Made by a program: the position numbers and the translations under genes. The notes beneath the pieces are model-generated. The model was not told where the DNA came from, did not search any database, and saw only the letters and a program-made list of their open reading frames with translations. This document shows, piece by piece, positions 41,949 through 52,863 of a stretch of 64,000 bases of DNA. The DNA is from Muribaculaceae bacterium. Its GTDB lineage: Bacteria > Bacteroidota > Bacteroidia > Bacteroidales > Muribaculaceae. How positions within the stretch are numbered: position 1 is the first letter of the stretch; every line of letters starts with the position of its first letter. The DNA is taken from positions 16,466-80,465 of the forward strand of contig JBJEDF010000051.1 in assembly GCA_051871765.1 (NCBI GenBank), written 5' to 3'.

Positions 41949-44900
41949 ATGACCATCTCTCAATTAGCTCAGCGCTTTGCCACGCCGGCGCGCCGGCGCG
42001 CGCTGGCGCGTATGGCCGCGCAGGGTGAGGCCACGGTGGCCGGCCTCGCCGGCTCGTCAACGGCGATGATGTTAGCGGCGCTGCCGGCAGAGCCAACACC
42101 CATCGTGGTGGTGGGCGACTCGCTCGACGACGCCGGATACCTATATCACGACCTGGGGCGCATCGTGGGCTACGAGGCTGTGGCGATGCTGCCCTCGGCA
42201 TATAAGCGCGACATCAAATACGGCCAGATTGACGCCCCTAATCAGGTGCTGCGCACCGAGACTCTCCGCGCCCTCGCCGCCGGCGCCGGGCTGCGATATG
42301 TGGTCACTTATCCTGATGCCCTCGCCGAGCGTGTGGCGCCCAAAGAGGCCATCGACAGCGGCACCATCAATGTGGCTGTCGGCGACAGCCCCGGCATGGA
42401 CACTCTCTGCGACAGCCTCCTCGCTAAAGGCTTTGCCAAGGTGGATTATGTGTATGAGCCGGGCCATTTTGCCGTGCGTGGCTCAATCGTCGATGTCTTC
42501 GGCTATGCCGATGAGATGCCCCTGCGCATCGACTTCTTCGGCGATGAGATTGACTCGCTGCGCTCCTTCAATGTGGAGACACAGCTGTCAGAGGAGCCGC
42601 GCCAACACGCCGCCATCACCGCCGCCATCGACACGCGCAATGACCGCGGCGTGGCGCTCACTGATTATGTGAGCCCCGACACCCTGTGGGCCGTGCGCGA
42701 CCGCGATGCTATGCTGGCCCGCATCCGCGCCATCGCCGCTGAGACCTTCTCTCAGAGCGCTATGATAGCCTCGGAGGGCGATGCCGATGCTATGAACAAT
42801 GTGGTTGATGCCGAGGCTTTTGCCGCTCGCTTTGCCTCCTTCCGCACCATCGCCTTCACCGCCGCCCGCGCCGCCTCGCTGGCCCCGGCAGCGCCAAAGG
42901 CATGCCTCGAGGCCGATTGCAGCCCTCAAGGCATATATCACAAAAACTTTGACCTCATCAGTGATGCCTTCAAGAAGCTGTTAGGCGAGGGCTACACGCT
43001 GTATATCCTCAGCGACAACGCCGCCCAGTTTGCCCGCCTCAACGTCATCTTCCAAGACCGCGGCGATGATATCAGCTTCACGCCGGTGGAGGGCACTCTG
43101 CACGAGGGCTTCGTGGATCACGTCACGCACATCTGCGTGTTCACCGACCACCAGATTTTTGACCGCTTCCACAAATACTCGCTCAAGAGCGACCGCGCAC
43201 GCTCAGGCAAGCTCGCCCTCTCGCTCAAGGAGCTCAGCCAGATAGAGGTGGGCGACTACATCGTGCACATCGACCATGGGGTAGGGCGCTTCGCGGGGCT
43301 GCTGCGCACCGACGTGGGCGGCCACACCCAAGAGATGATAAAGCTGGTGTATCAAAACAACGACATCATCTTCGTGTCAATACACTCGCTCCACAAGCTC
43401 TCAAAGTATCGCGCCAAGGAGGGTATCCCTCCCAAGCTCAACCGCATAGGCTCAGGCGCGTGGGCCAAGGTCAAGGAGCGCACCAAGACCAAGCTCAAGG
43501 ATATAGCGCGCGACCTGATACAGCTCTATGCCCGCCGCCGCCGGGAGCGTGGCTTTGCCTTCTCGCCCGACTCGTATATGCAGCAGGAGCTGGAGGCCTC
43601 ATTCATCTATGAAGATACCCCCGACCAGCTCACCGCCACACGCGCCGTCAAGGCCGACATGGAGAGCGACCGCCCTATGGACCGCCTTATCTGCGGCGAT
43701 GTGGGCTTCGGCAAGACCGAGATAGCCATACGCGCCGCCTTCAAGGCTGCCACCGATGGCAAGCAGGTGGCAGTGCTGGTGCCCACCACCGTGCTCGCAT
43801 ATCAGCACTACCACACCTTCAGCGACCGCCTCAAGGACTTCCCCGTGAGAGTGGATTACCTGTCGCGAGCGCGCTCACCCAAGCAAGTCAAGGAAATCCT
43901 CGCCGACCTCGCCGCCGGAAAGATTGACATCCTCATCGGCACACACAAGCTCATCGGCAAGACCGTCAAGTTTCATGACCTGGGATTGCTAATCGTTGAC
44001 GAGGAGCAGAAATTCGGCGTCGCCGTCAAGGAGCGCCTCAAGCAGCTCAAGGTCAATATCGACACGCTCACCATGAGCGCCACGCCCATTCCGCGCACCC
44101 TCCAGTTCTCGCTGATGGGAGCGCGCGATCTCTCCAGTATCACCACCCCGCCGCCCAACCGCTACCCCATCGTCACGTCAGTCAACACTCTCAGCGACGA
44201 CATCGTCAGCGAGGCCGTCAACTTCGAGCTCTCGCGCAGCGGCCAGGTGTTCTTCGTCAACAATCGCATCGAAGGGCTGTATGACCTGCAAGCCATGCTC
44301 GCACGCCTGGTGCCCGACGCGCGCGTGGTGGTGGCTCACGGCCAAATGCCGCCCGACAAGCTCGAGCAGGCCATCGTGGACTTTGCCGCACACGACTATG
44401 ACGTGCTGCTCTCCACATCCATCATCGAGAGTGGCATCGATATGCCGCGCGTCAACACCATCATCGTCAACAACGCTCAAAATTTCGGCCTCAGCGAGCT
44501 GCATCAGCTCAGAGGCCGTGTGGGGCGCTCCTCGCGCAAGGCCTTCTGCTACCTGATGGTGCCGGCCTCAGTGGAGCTCACCGCTGTGGCGCGCCGCCGC
44601 CTGCAAGCCATCGAGAGCTTCTCTGACTTAGGCGCCGGCATCCATATCGCCATGCAGGACTTGGACATACGCGGCGCCGGCAACCTCCTTGGCGCCGAGC
44701 AGTCAGGCTTCATCGCAGACCTGGGCTATGAGACATATCAGAAGATACTCAAAGAGGCTGTCACCGAGCTGCGCACTCAAGAGTTTGCCTCGCTCTATAA
44801 AGATGAGGGCGAGGGCGCTGCTGCTCAAGCCGCCGGCGAGGAGGCCGAATTTGTGGCCGACTGCGTCATTGAGAGCGACCTGGAGCTGCTCTTGCCCGCC

Positions 44901-45314
44901 ACCTATGTGCCGCAGGAGAGCGAGCGCATAGCGCTATACCAGGAGCTTGACAGCATAGAGCGCGAGGCTGACCTCGACGCCTTCAGAGAGCGGCTCATCG
45001 ACCGCTTTGGCCGCCTGCCGCAGGTGGCGGAGGAGCTGCTGCAAGTGCCGCGCCTCAGACGCAAGGCGCGCACCCTCGGCATCGAGAAGGTGGCGCTCCG
45101 CGGCGGCAAGATGTACACCTACTTTGTGGGGCGCAGCAACGAGGCCTACTATCAGTCGGCAATGTTTGGCCGCATGATACGCTACTTGCAGGAGGACACT
45201 CAGCGTGTGCATATACGCGAGTCCAACGGCCGGCAGAGCTTCGCCTTTGACCGCGTGGCCACCGTGGGCGAGGCCGTGGCAATCTTGCAGCATATCCTCA
45301 GCCTGGAGCCCTGA
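41949..45314 (+). CDS. mfd: Transcription-repair coupling factor
   Basis: UvrB-like N-terminus, VHIDHGVG, CGDVGFGKT, DEEQKFG, SATPIPR and QLRGRVGR. Confidence 0.98.
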   Translation: MTISQLAQRFATPARRRALARMAAQGEATVAGLAGSSTAMMLAALPAEPTPIVVVGDSLDDAGYLYHDLGRIVGYEAVAMLPSAYKRDIKYGQIDAPNQVLRTETLRALAAGAGLRYVVTYPDALAERVAPKEAIDSGTINVAVGDSPGMDTLCDSLLAKGFAKVDYVYEPGHFAVRGSIVDVFGYADEMPLRIDFFGDEIDSLRSFNVETQLSEEPRQHAAITAAIDTRNDRGVALTDYVSPDTLWAVRDRDAMLARIRAIAAETFSQSAMIASEGDADAMNNVVDAEAFAARFASFRTIAFTAARAASLAPAAPKACLEADCSPQGIYHKNFDLISDAFKKLLGEGYTLYILSDNAAQFARLNVIFQDRGDDISFTPVEGTLHEGFVDHVTHICVFTDHQIFDRFHKYSLKSDRARSGKLALSLKELSQIEVGDYIVHIDHGVGRFAGLLRTDVGGHTQEMIKLVYQNNDIIFVSIHSLHKLSKYRAKEGIPPKLNRIGSGAWAKVKERTKTKLKDIARDLIQLYARRRRERGFAFSPDSYMQQELEASFIYEDTPDQLTATRAVKADMESDRPMDRLICGDVGFGKTEIAIRAAFKAATDGKQVAVLVPTTVLAYQHYHTFSDRLKDFPVRVDYLSRARSPKQVKEILADLAAGKIDILIGTHKLIGKTVKFHDLGLLIVDEEQKFGVAVKERLKQLKVNIDTLTMSATPIPRTLQFSLMGARDLSSITTPPPNRYPIVTSVNTLSDDIVSEAVNFELSRSGQVFFVNNRIEGLYDLQAMLARLVPDARVVVAHGQMPPDKLEQAIVDFAAHDYDVLLSTSIIESGIDMPRVNTIIVNNAQNFGLSELHQLRGRVGRSSRKAFCYLMVPASVELTAVARRRLQAIESFSDLGAGIHIAMQDLDIRGAGNLLGAEQSGFIADLGYETYQKILKEAVTELRTQEFASLYKDEGEGAAAQAAGEEAEFVADCVIESDLELLLPATYVPQESERIALYQELDSIEREADLDAFRERLIDRFGRLPQVAEELLQVPRLRRKARTLGIEKVALRGGKMYTYFVGRSNEAYYQSAMFGRMIRYLQEDTQRVHIRESNGRQSFAFDRVATVGEAVAILQHILSLEP

Positions 45315-45321
45315 GGCGAGC

Positions 45322-47670
45322 TCAGAAGGGATAGCCTATGGCCAGGTGAAAGGCCAGCGACTTGCCGAACGACTCCATATTGTAATAGCCGCCGTGGCCG
45401 GTGTTGTAGGGGGCGTGGATGCCTATGCCTAAGTCAGCGCGCAGCACGAGCATGCTGATGTCCAGGCGCAGGCCGCAGCCGGTGCCCAGTGCCAAGTCGC
45501 GCAGAAACTTCGAGGCCACCACCTCGGCGCCGGGTCGCGCCGGGTCGCTCTTGAGCAGCCACACATTGCCGGCATCGACAAACAGCGCTCCGTGCAGCGG
45601 CCCGAAGAGCGGAAAGCGATACTCCACATTAGCTTCAAACTTGAGTGTGCCCGTCTGGTCAAAGTAGCTCGTGCCGGCAATGTCGGGCGAGCGATAACGC
45701 CCGGGGCCTATGCTGCGCACGGTGAAGGCGCGCACCGAGTTGGCGCCGCCCACATAGAATTGCTCGGCGTAGGGCACTTGCTCTGAGTTGCCGTAGGCGT
45801 GGGCCACACCGGCGGCGGCGCGCATCACCAGCCAATGGTTGCCTAACACACGATGCCCCCACACTAACTGCGCCGTGGCCTTGACAAACTGTGAGAAGGG
45901 TGTGCCGAAGAGCTTCTTCTCGCCCTTGGCGCCGCACGCCTGATAGATGCCCCAGAAGATATTGCCGGCCTCTGAGATGGTGAAGGTCCAGTTGAGCGTG
46001 TTGCGGTTGTCAAAGTTGCGGTCGTAGGTGTAGGTGTATGACATCTGCGGTATAAACTGGTTCTGGAAGCTCTGCGCCACGGCGGGGTTTTCGGCCATGA
46101 TGTCGTCAAACTCGGCGGTGGTGTTGATGAGCTTGGTGTAGGTGAGCTTGAAGGGCGTGAAGGAGTTTGACACATAGCGCCGCAGACGCCAGTCATAGCT
46201 GATGGCGGCGTCAAACTGAGCCATCTTGAAGAAGTGAGGCCTATTGAGCAGGTCGGCGCCAAGCTGGAAGCGTGTCCAGTTGAGCTGATAGCGGCCGCGC
46301 GGGATAAACTTCGGGGCGAGGAGGCGCGGCACGGCGAGTGAGCCCGAGAGGCCCACCTCATAGGAGTTGAAGAGCGAGCGGTCGCTGCCCTTGCCCGTCT
46401 GCCACTCGTAGGCGCCGGTGAGGTTGACGCTGAGCTGCTCGCCGCCGCCAAAGAGGTTGCGGTTGGTGAGGCCCAGCGAGAGGCCCGGCCCTATGTAGGA
46501 GTTGGATTTTGACTTGACGTTGACCTCTATTGAGGCCTCCAGCGGCGCATCAAAGGTGCAATCGATGTCCACATTGAGCGTGGGAGTGGCGCCGGTGGTG
46601 TCGGGGCGAGCGCTGATGTCGATGGAGCGGAAGATGCCCAGGCGCGACAGATAGGTCTGGGTGCGGTTCATGTCGCGCACCGAGAAGGTGCGCCCGGGGC
46701 GGAAGGTCACATTCTCCTCAATCGACTTGGCGCGCAGCCTCGAGGGGCGCATCTGTATGAGGGTGAGGCGGCGCAGCGCCATGGTGTCAGGCTCGCCGCC
46801 GCCTTCGTTGCGCGCCACGGTGACAGTGACGCTGCCGGTGACGTAGCGGCTGCGCGCCATTGAGGGTATGTTGGCGGCGAGCTTCATGCGCAGCGCCACG
46901 GAGCCGCGCTGCATCACGCTGTCGGCGAGGTATTCAATGTATGATGGCTGGAAGAAGTAGTAGCCCTTGTTGCGCAGGGCGTTGGCGATGCGCGTGCGTG
47001 CTGCCGTGAGCGAGTCAGTGCAGTAACGCTGCCCCGGGCGCGACAGATACGGGTCAAGCGCCGCCACCGAGTCGATGGCGTGGTTGAGGGCGCAGGTGTC
47101 AGGCAGCAGCTCCACGCCGCTGACGGGGTATAGCGGCCCCGGAGTCACGGTGTAGATGACTTTGGCCTTCTTGGGGTCTTTTGATGACGTGAGGGTGTAG
47201 CTGCCGGTGCCGCTGAAAAAGCCGTTGTTGTCGAGGATTTCCTCTATCATGTGAGTGCGCAGGTCGGGGCGAACGTCTGACACTAACACCGGCTCCTCCA
47301 CTAAGTGCTCATAGAGCCAATGCTTGAGACCGGAGGGCGGATTGCTCCAATTGTTATATACCCACAGGCCTATGGGCAGCGGCGACCTGACGCCCAGCAG
47401 CGACCAGTAGTTGTTGGGCTCCACATCTACGGCCTCGATGATGGCGTCCTGCACACCGGAGGGCAGTGGATTTACGGTCTTGACCTTGCCGGCATCGGTG
47501 GTGACGCTGTTGCCCACAAAGGTGACTTTCTTGCCGGTGTAGAGCTGCTCGTCGTCGGCGATGCGGCGCGTGGTGGAGCACGCGCCGGTGACGAGCATCA
47601 TCAGCGCCGCCGCCACCGCTGTCAAGGCGAGGCTTCGCAGGGGAGGTATATTGTGGTCAGTCTTTTTCAT
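45322..47670 (-). CDS. BamA/TamA-family Omp85 lipoprotein (TamL-like)
   Basis: Lipobox VTGAC, a POTRA-like region, FYVGGANSVRAF, FVDAGNVW and terminal AIGYPF. Adjacent to tamB. Confidence 0.9.
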   Translation of the reverse strand: MKKTDHNIPPLRSLALTAVAAALMMLVTGACSTTRRIADDEQLYTGKKVTFVGNSVTTDAGKVKTVNPLPSGVQDAIIEAVDVEPNNYWSLLGVRSPLPIGLWVYNNWSNPPSGLKHWLYEHLVEEPVLVSDVRPDLRTHMIEEILDNNGFFSGTGSYTLTSSKDPKKAKVIYTVTPGPLYPVSGVELLPDTCALNHAIDSVAALDPYLSRPGQRYCTDSLTAARTRIANALRNKGYYFFQPSYIEYLADSVMQRGSVALRMKLAANIPSMARSRYVTGSVTVTVARNEGGGEPDTMALRRLTLIQMRPSRLRAKSIEENVTFRPGRTFSVRDMNRTQTYLSRLGIFRSIDISARPDTTGATPTLNVDIDCTFDAPLEASIEVNVKSKSNSYIGPGLSLGLTNRNLFGGGEQLSVNLTGAYEWQTGKGSDRSLFNSYEVGLSGSLAVPRLLAPKFIPRGRYQLNWTRFQLGADLLNRPHFFKMAQFDAAISYDWRLRRYVSNSFTPFKLTYTKLINTTAEFDDIMAENPAVAQSFQNQFIPQMSYTYTYDRNFDNRNTLNWTFTISEAGNIFWGIYQACGAKGEKKLFGTPFSQFVKATAQLVWGHRVLGNHWLVMRAAAGVAHAYGNSEQVPYAEQFYVGGANSVRAFTVRSIGPGRYRSPDIAGTSYFDQTGTLKFEANVEYRFPLFGPLHGALFVDAGNVWLLKSDPARPGAEVVASKFLRDLALGTGCGLRLDISMLVLRADLGIGIHAPYNTGHGGYYNMESFGKSLAFHLAIGYPF

Positions 47671-50600
47671 GAGCTATGGAGTCAGTGGCGGCGGGCTCGG
47701 CAGTAGCCTCCGTGGTGTCGGCAGCGGCCGAGGGCGTCGTATCTTTCTTTTTGAGGAAGTTGAAGGGCTTAAAGAGCTCCGAGAGGCGCCTCATCTTGCG
47801 GCGATACACAAAGCCCACACCCATCTCGGTGATTTCGCCCTCGAGGATGCTCTCGAAGCCGGTGTGGCGGAATACGCGCACATTCATCGTCTGCGACTTG
47901 TTGAGATAGTATTCAAAGGAGATGTCGTTGATGAGGTTTTGTGAGAAATTCTCGTCGGCGGTGGCGTCGGTAGAGTAGTTGCCGCCTACCACTATCTTGA
48001 GGCGGTCGTTGAAGAGCGATTTCGACACCTGGTAGCTGTAGCTCATCGTTGACGAGGTGCTGCCGTCGGTGGTCTTGTTGTATTGGTCTATGCCGAAGCT
48101 GATATCCACGCCTTTGATGGCTGAGGCGGCCCAGCTGTTGATGCGCGACTCCAAGAATGAGAACAGGGGATTGCCCGACAGCTGCGCGCCGGCCTTGGTG
48201 CCCGGCCCGGTATATACGCCGTAGAGCAGCATGTTCATGGCTTGATTGGCGCGCTGGTCAGCGCTCATTGATGCCAGCTCGTTGGCCACGGTGACGTCGT
48301 CGGCAGTGCTTAGGTCAAAGCCCACATTCATATTGGACAGCGAGCCGGTGACCGACAGCCCCACGTCAAAGTTGACCAAGCGCGAGTCGGCTCCTTCTTG
48401 GGTGACGTTGGCCTTGATTTTGTAAACGGCGTGAATGCCCAGCTGCGGGTTCATCATATCGCCGGTGAAGGCTATATAGCTGTTGTCGCTGAAGGTGAAC
48501 AGCTTTTCAGACATCAGCGGTGGCGTGTATCTCACAAAGCCTTTGTCGATGGAGAGGCGGCCGGAGAGGCGGCCATCGTTGACCGGCGACATGGTGAATT
48601 CAAGCTCGCCGTCGGCCATCAGTTGCAGCTTGTCTTTGCCATCGGTCGATAAATCCACATTGACGGTGGAGCCGCTGCGTATGTGCAGCGTGGCGTCAAC
48701 GATGACGGCTAACTGGCCCACGGTGAGGCTGTCAGGCGCCTCTACGCGCGCCGTGTCGGCAAAGTTGACAAAGCGCACCATCTCGCCTGCCGACTGCGAG
48801 GTGATGGTGCTGACGGCCGACGGCATCACATAGGTGATGTTGGTGCCCGGCTCGATAGCCACATCGGCTTTGACAAACATATATTTATCGTTGCTGCGCA
48901 CACGCGTGTTGGTGGAGATAAATCCCTTGCCGTAGATGTCGGCGCCACGCGAGGGGCGCGAAGTGCCGCATATCTGCATATTGTCGGCGGTGAGGGTGAG
49001 GTCAATCAGCGGCGAGGCCATCGATGAGATATCCACCGTGCCATTGATGGCGAGCGACCGGTCGTTGACGCCCTTGATGCTGAAGTTGTCAAAACGCACT
49101 TTGCTGCGCTCCACGGGTATCTTCACATCGCTGACGGGGTATTCAGTGGCGATGATGGCGGCGCGCACGGCCGTGGAGTCAAATTGCAGCCAGCCGTCAA
49201 AGACGGGGTTGTCGCTATTGCCGGTGATGTTGAGCGAGCCGTTGAGGGTGCCTCTCAGACGCGCCAGCGTGGGCGGCAAGAAGGGGTTGACTGATGTCAG
49301 CGGGAAGTGTATCATGGAGAAATCCAGCGCCAGCGGAGAGGTGGCCGTGGAGTCGTTGAGGGCGCCGGCGAGCGTCATGGTGCGCACTCCATCGACACTC
49401 AGATCGGCCTGCGCGCGCAGCATGCCATCGGCATCGGTGGCGATGGTCATGTCGGCGCCTATGGTGCCCACACGCTCCTTGCCGTAATAAAAGTCGGTGA
49501 GGGTGACGTTGCCGTTGCCCTCGAGCACGCCGCTGTGATGGTTGAGCCGCATATCTGCCGAGAGGTCGCCGCTCATAGGGGTGGACAGCGGGTTCAGCGC
49601 CACCATGTCGGCGAGGTGTATCTTGCGCAGCTCCACTATCAGGTCTTCCTGATCGGTGGCGTGGCCGTCATTGTCATCATCATCGGAGTCGCCATCGTGG
49701 TGATGCTCGCCGCGGTGCTCGGTGAAGATGGCTATCGAGGAGTCGCCGCCCGAGATATGCAAGTTGGCATCGAGGTGCTTGTCTGACATGCAGTAGGTCA
49801 CATAATTGTCGGTATTTACAGTCCACGGCTTATAGTTGATGGTGGGCGATGTGGGCACAAAGCGCAGCTGCAGCAGATCACGCCCCAGAGTGGCGCGTGC
49901 ACCGATGTCATAGCCCTTGTCGCCGCTGATGTTGTGCTGCTGCAGTCGCAGAGTCACATTGTTGTCGGTCAAGAAGCCGTCGAGGCGCACATGGGCGTAG
50001 GAGTTGAGGGTGCCCGGAGCATTGTCCATCTTGATGGTGAAGGCGGCATCTTGGCCATACTGCGACAGCTCGGCGCCGATGGTGTCGAGCGTGAGGGTGC
50101 CCGACCGCAGCGCCAGCACCTTGCCGCTGAGCGAGAGTGTGCTGTCGTTTGAAGCCTCTATGTGTAGCCGCCTGAAGCCGGCGCGGCTGTCAGCGAGTAT
50201 GTCAGTGAGGATATTGTTGTTGCCGGCCGAGACATCGAGCACAAAGGGTGGCAAGGCGCGTTGCAGCTCATCTACGTTGATGCGGTGGCGCGTGATTTGG
50301 CTGTCGAGCAGACACAGTGTGCGCGACATACGCCCGGCGAGGGTGTCGATGGGCGCATCAGAGCTGAAGTAGGTGTATAGGTCGCGGTTGCGCAGCGTGG
50401 CATTAGTGGTGGAGTCGTCGGCATTGAGTTGGGCGCGGATGTCGCGCACGGCGATATTGCCGGCAGCGTGGTCATAACGCAGCGAGCGCAGTGTCACATC
50501 GGCATCGATATATCGGGCTGCGGGTGAGATCTTGGCCGAGCCATCGAGCGACACCTGCAGCGAGGCATCTTCCTCGCTCATTTTCAGCGCTTTGAGGTCG

Positions 50601-52537
50601 ATGCGATCGCCGGAGAGCACCATAGTCCAGTCGTAGGTGTCGCCAACGAGGTTGCCGGAGGCGTCGAGAGCAAATGTGGCGTCGGGGTTGGTGGAGCGCA
50701 GGGCCACGCCGGCGCTGCCGCCATCAATCGTGGCTTCGCCGCTGATGCCGCTGTAGTCGTAGCCGCCGTAGGTGGCGCTGCTGATATCTAAGCGAGCCTG
50801 AGCCACCATGGTGCTGTCAAAGGGGTTGTAGCCGCGGCCGCTGATGTCGAGCGAGGCGCTGACATTGCCTATGCCGGCCGAGGGCATAAATGCCGCCAGC
50901 GGGAAGCGGTCGGCCGTCAGTGAGGCGCTGTATTCGGCGTGTCGGCTGTGCCATTGGCCGTCGAGGGCGAGGCGCCCCGCAGCGGTGACGGCCTGCACGC
51001 TGCCCTCTACGGCGCCGCCGCGCATCGCCACTGACCCGTCAATGGTCATGGGCGGTATGCACAGTGTCTGTGCCATGTCGCGGCCCAGCAGATTGTTTTT
51101 GAGGGTGGTGAGGTCAATGATATTGCCGTGGATGTCGATGTCGCCGCCGAGGCGCTCGGGCTGCATGGCGTTGGTCACCGTGCCGGTGATATCTACGTTG
51201 ACGTGGTTGTTGATGCCCACATTGATTTTGCGCAGGTTCAGCCGGCCCGAGGTGCCTTGCACGTCAAGGTCAAGGCGCACGGCATCGCCGCGTGGCATCA
51301 TCGCCGTCATCGGCTTGGCGGCCGGGAAGAGGCGCCCTATGTCAGCCACCGACAGCTTGCCGGCTGCCTGTAGCTGCAGAGCCACAGAGGGGTCGGTCAT
51401 CATATCACCCATGCCCAGTAGGCCCGAGGCCCGCAGCGTGGTGTTGTCGGTGGTGCTGATGTCAAAGTCGGTCAATTTCAGAGCCTCGGAGCTGATGTCA
51501 AGGCGACCGCCGGCGTGAAGGTTCACACCGCAGCGCTCTATGGCATTGAGCTGTAGGGGTATGCTCACCACATCGCGCCGGTTGTAGAAGTCGGTGATGT
51601 CGAGCTCAAGCGAGTCAGCCTCGATATAGGCGAAGTCAAGACCCGGCGCCGGCCTCACGCCGCGGGTGGTGTAGAGGGCATGCGAGCGCGCAAAGTGTAT
51701 GTCGGAGATTTCTATGGTCCATGGGGCGGCCGTGGTGTCAGAGCTCGCGGGCGCCACCGGCGTGGCAGCCACGGTGGCGGCGTCAGGAGCGATAAATTTG
51801 GCGTCAAGCCCTATGCCGCCAAAGGTGTCGATAGCCACGCGCTGCTCAGCCATATCTATCACCACATTGCTGACGCAGCCGTGCGGGATGACGGCGGCCA
51901 GAGTGTCAATCGTGGGCAGCATGCGCATCGTGTATGAGAAATCTTGCAGCGACAGCTTGCCCAGCGCTATGCGCATCGCCGGCGCCTCGCTCCGAGCCGT
52001 CGGCGATGCAGTGTCGGTAGCGGCGGTGTCGGGGCGCAGAGCCATCGTCACCGAGCCCGAGGCTATATGCGCGGCATCAGCGCTGATATCCATATTGCGC
52101 AGACCCATACTCACGCCCTCCAGCTCCATCAGGTGAGCCTTTATGCGCATATACATAAGCGAGTCGGGCGTGCCCAGGCGCATCAAGCCATCAGTCATTG
52201 CCACATCGTCAGTCACCACGCGCCCTTGGATTAGCGGCGCCACCTTCACGCCGGTGGCAAGCTCGCCCACCGACACCAGCGTATCCACGCCGCACTCCAC
52301 CACCGTCAGGCCCTCAACGCTAAGCTGCAGCGGAAAGCGCAGACGCAGCCGCTCCAGCGACACCGCCATGCGGCCCTCGCTGCTGCGGTTGACATACGCC
52401 ACCAGGTGGCGCGTGAGCGTATCCTGCACCCATGGCGAATACACCATAACACCGCAGGCCGCCACAAGCAACAACAACGCCACGATCGCCCATAAGGCAA
52501 TCCTGGAGACAAGGCGAATGGCGGCAGCGACTTTCAT
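47657..52537 (-). CDS. tamB: TamB (translocation and assembly module) protein
   Basis: N-terminal TM anchor, long beta-rich body and a C-terminal DUF490-like region. The start is placed at 52537, downstream of a TAATTTTG box at 52612-52619. Confidence 0.85.
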   Translation of the reverse strand: MKVAAAIRLVSRIALWAIVALLLLVAACGVMVYSPWVQDTLTRHLVAYVNRSSEGRMAVSLERLRLRFPLQLSVEGLTVVECGVDTLVSVGELATGVKVAPLIQGRVVTDDVAMTDGLMRLGTPDSLMYMRIKAHLMELEGVSMGLRNMDISADAAHIASGSVTMALRPDTAATDTASPTARSEAPAMRIALGKLSLQDFSYTMRMLPTIDTLAAVIPHGCVSNVVIDMAEQRVAIDTFGGIGLDAKFIAPDAATVAATPVAPASSDTTAAPWTIEISDIHFARSHALYTTRGVRPAPGLDFAYIEADSLELDITDFYNRRDVVSIPLQLNAIERCGVNLHAGGRLDISSEALKLTDFDISTTDNTTLRASGLLGMGDMMTDPSVALQLQAAGKLSVADIGRLFPAAKPMTAMMPRGDAVRLDLDVQGTSGRLNLRKINVGINNHVNVDITGTVTNAMQPERLGGDIDIHGNIIDLTTLKNNLLGRDMAQTLCIPPMTIDGSVAMRGGAVEGSVQAVTAAGRLALDGQWHSRHAEYSASLTADRFPLAAFMPSAGIGNVSASLDISGRGYNPFDSTMVAQARLDISSATYGGYDYSGISGEATIDGGSAGVALRSTNPDATFALDASGNLVGDTYDWTMVLSGDRIDLKALKMSEEDASLQVSLDGSAKISPAARYIDADVTLRSLRYDHAAGNIAVRDIRAQLNADDSTTNATLRNRDLYTYFSSDAPIDTLAGRMSRTLCLLDSQITRHRINVDELQRALPPFVLDVSAGNNNILTDILADSRAGFRRLHIEASNDSTLSLSGKVLALRSGTLTLDTIGAELSQYGQDAAFTIKMDNAPGTLNSYAHVRLDGFLTDNNVTLRLQQHNISGDKGYDIGARATLGRDLLQLRFVPTSPTINYKPWTVNTDNYVTYCMSDKHLDANLHISGGDSSIAIFTEHRGEHHHDGDSDDDDNDGHATDQEDLIVELRKIHLADMVALNPLSTPMSGDLSADMRLNHHSGVLEGNGNVTLTDFYYGKERVGTIGADMTIATDADGMLRAQADLSVDGVRTMTLAGALNDSTATSPLALDFSMIHFPLTSVNPFLPPTLARLRGTLNGSLNITGNSDNPVFDGWLQFDSTAVRAAIIATEYPVSDVKIPVERSKVRFDNFSIKGVNDRSLAINGTVDISSMASPLIDLTLTADNMQICGTSRPSRGADIYGKGFISTNTRVRSNDKYMFVKADVAIEPGTNITYVMPSAVSTITSQSAGEMVRFVNFADTARVEAPDSLTVGQLAVIVDATLHIRSGSTVNVDLSTDGKDKLQLMADGELEFTMSPVNDGRLSGRLSIDKGFVRYTPPLMSEKLFTFSDNSYIAFTGDMMNPQLGIHAVYKIKANVTQEGADSRLVNFDVGLSVTGSLSNMNVGFDLSTADDVTVANELASMSADQRANQAMNMLLYGVYTGPGTKAGAQLSGNPLFSFLESRINSWAASAIKGVDISFGIDQYNKTTDGSTSSTMSYSYQVSKSLFNDRLKIVVGGNYSTDATADENFSQNLINDISFEYYLNKSQTMNVRVFRHTGFESILEGEITEMGVGFVYRRKMRRLSELFKPFNFLKKKDTTPSAAADTTEATAEPAATDSIAHEKD

Positions 52538-52863
52538 ATACTCTCTGACTGTGATGATATAACGCCGAGGCGCTTTTGATGGTTCGTCATAGCGGCGAGC
52601 CAAATAATCTCCAAAATTAAGGCAAAAGCGCCAATTATCCAAATACACCCCCCCAATTCTTAAAAAAATCCTCATCGCCATAGCTCAAGTTAGCCCGATT
52701 GGTCTAATTCAATCATCTTGGCTACATCAGCGCCATTGGCGGCGGGGGCGGGGCGGTGGTGCACTTTTTGGGGGTAAAAATTGGTGGGGTGGATTTTTTG
52801 TAGTACTTTTGGGGAAAGAAAAATAAAATCATACCTCACACCACATAATCTATCACCTGCGTT

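Noticed and set aside
52538-52681. N-terminal extension of tamB in the ORF track; likewise 31215-31247, 32719-32766 and 19995-20192
   Set aside because: The extensions cover promoter boxes, leaders or the upstream gene. The downstream ATGs give proper signal or anchor sequences.
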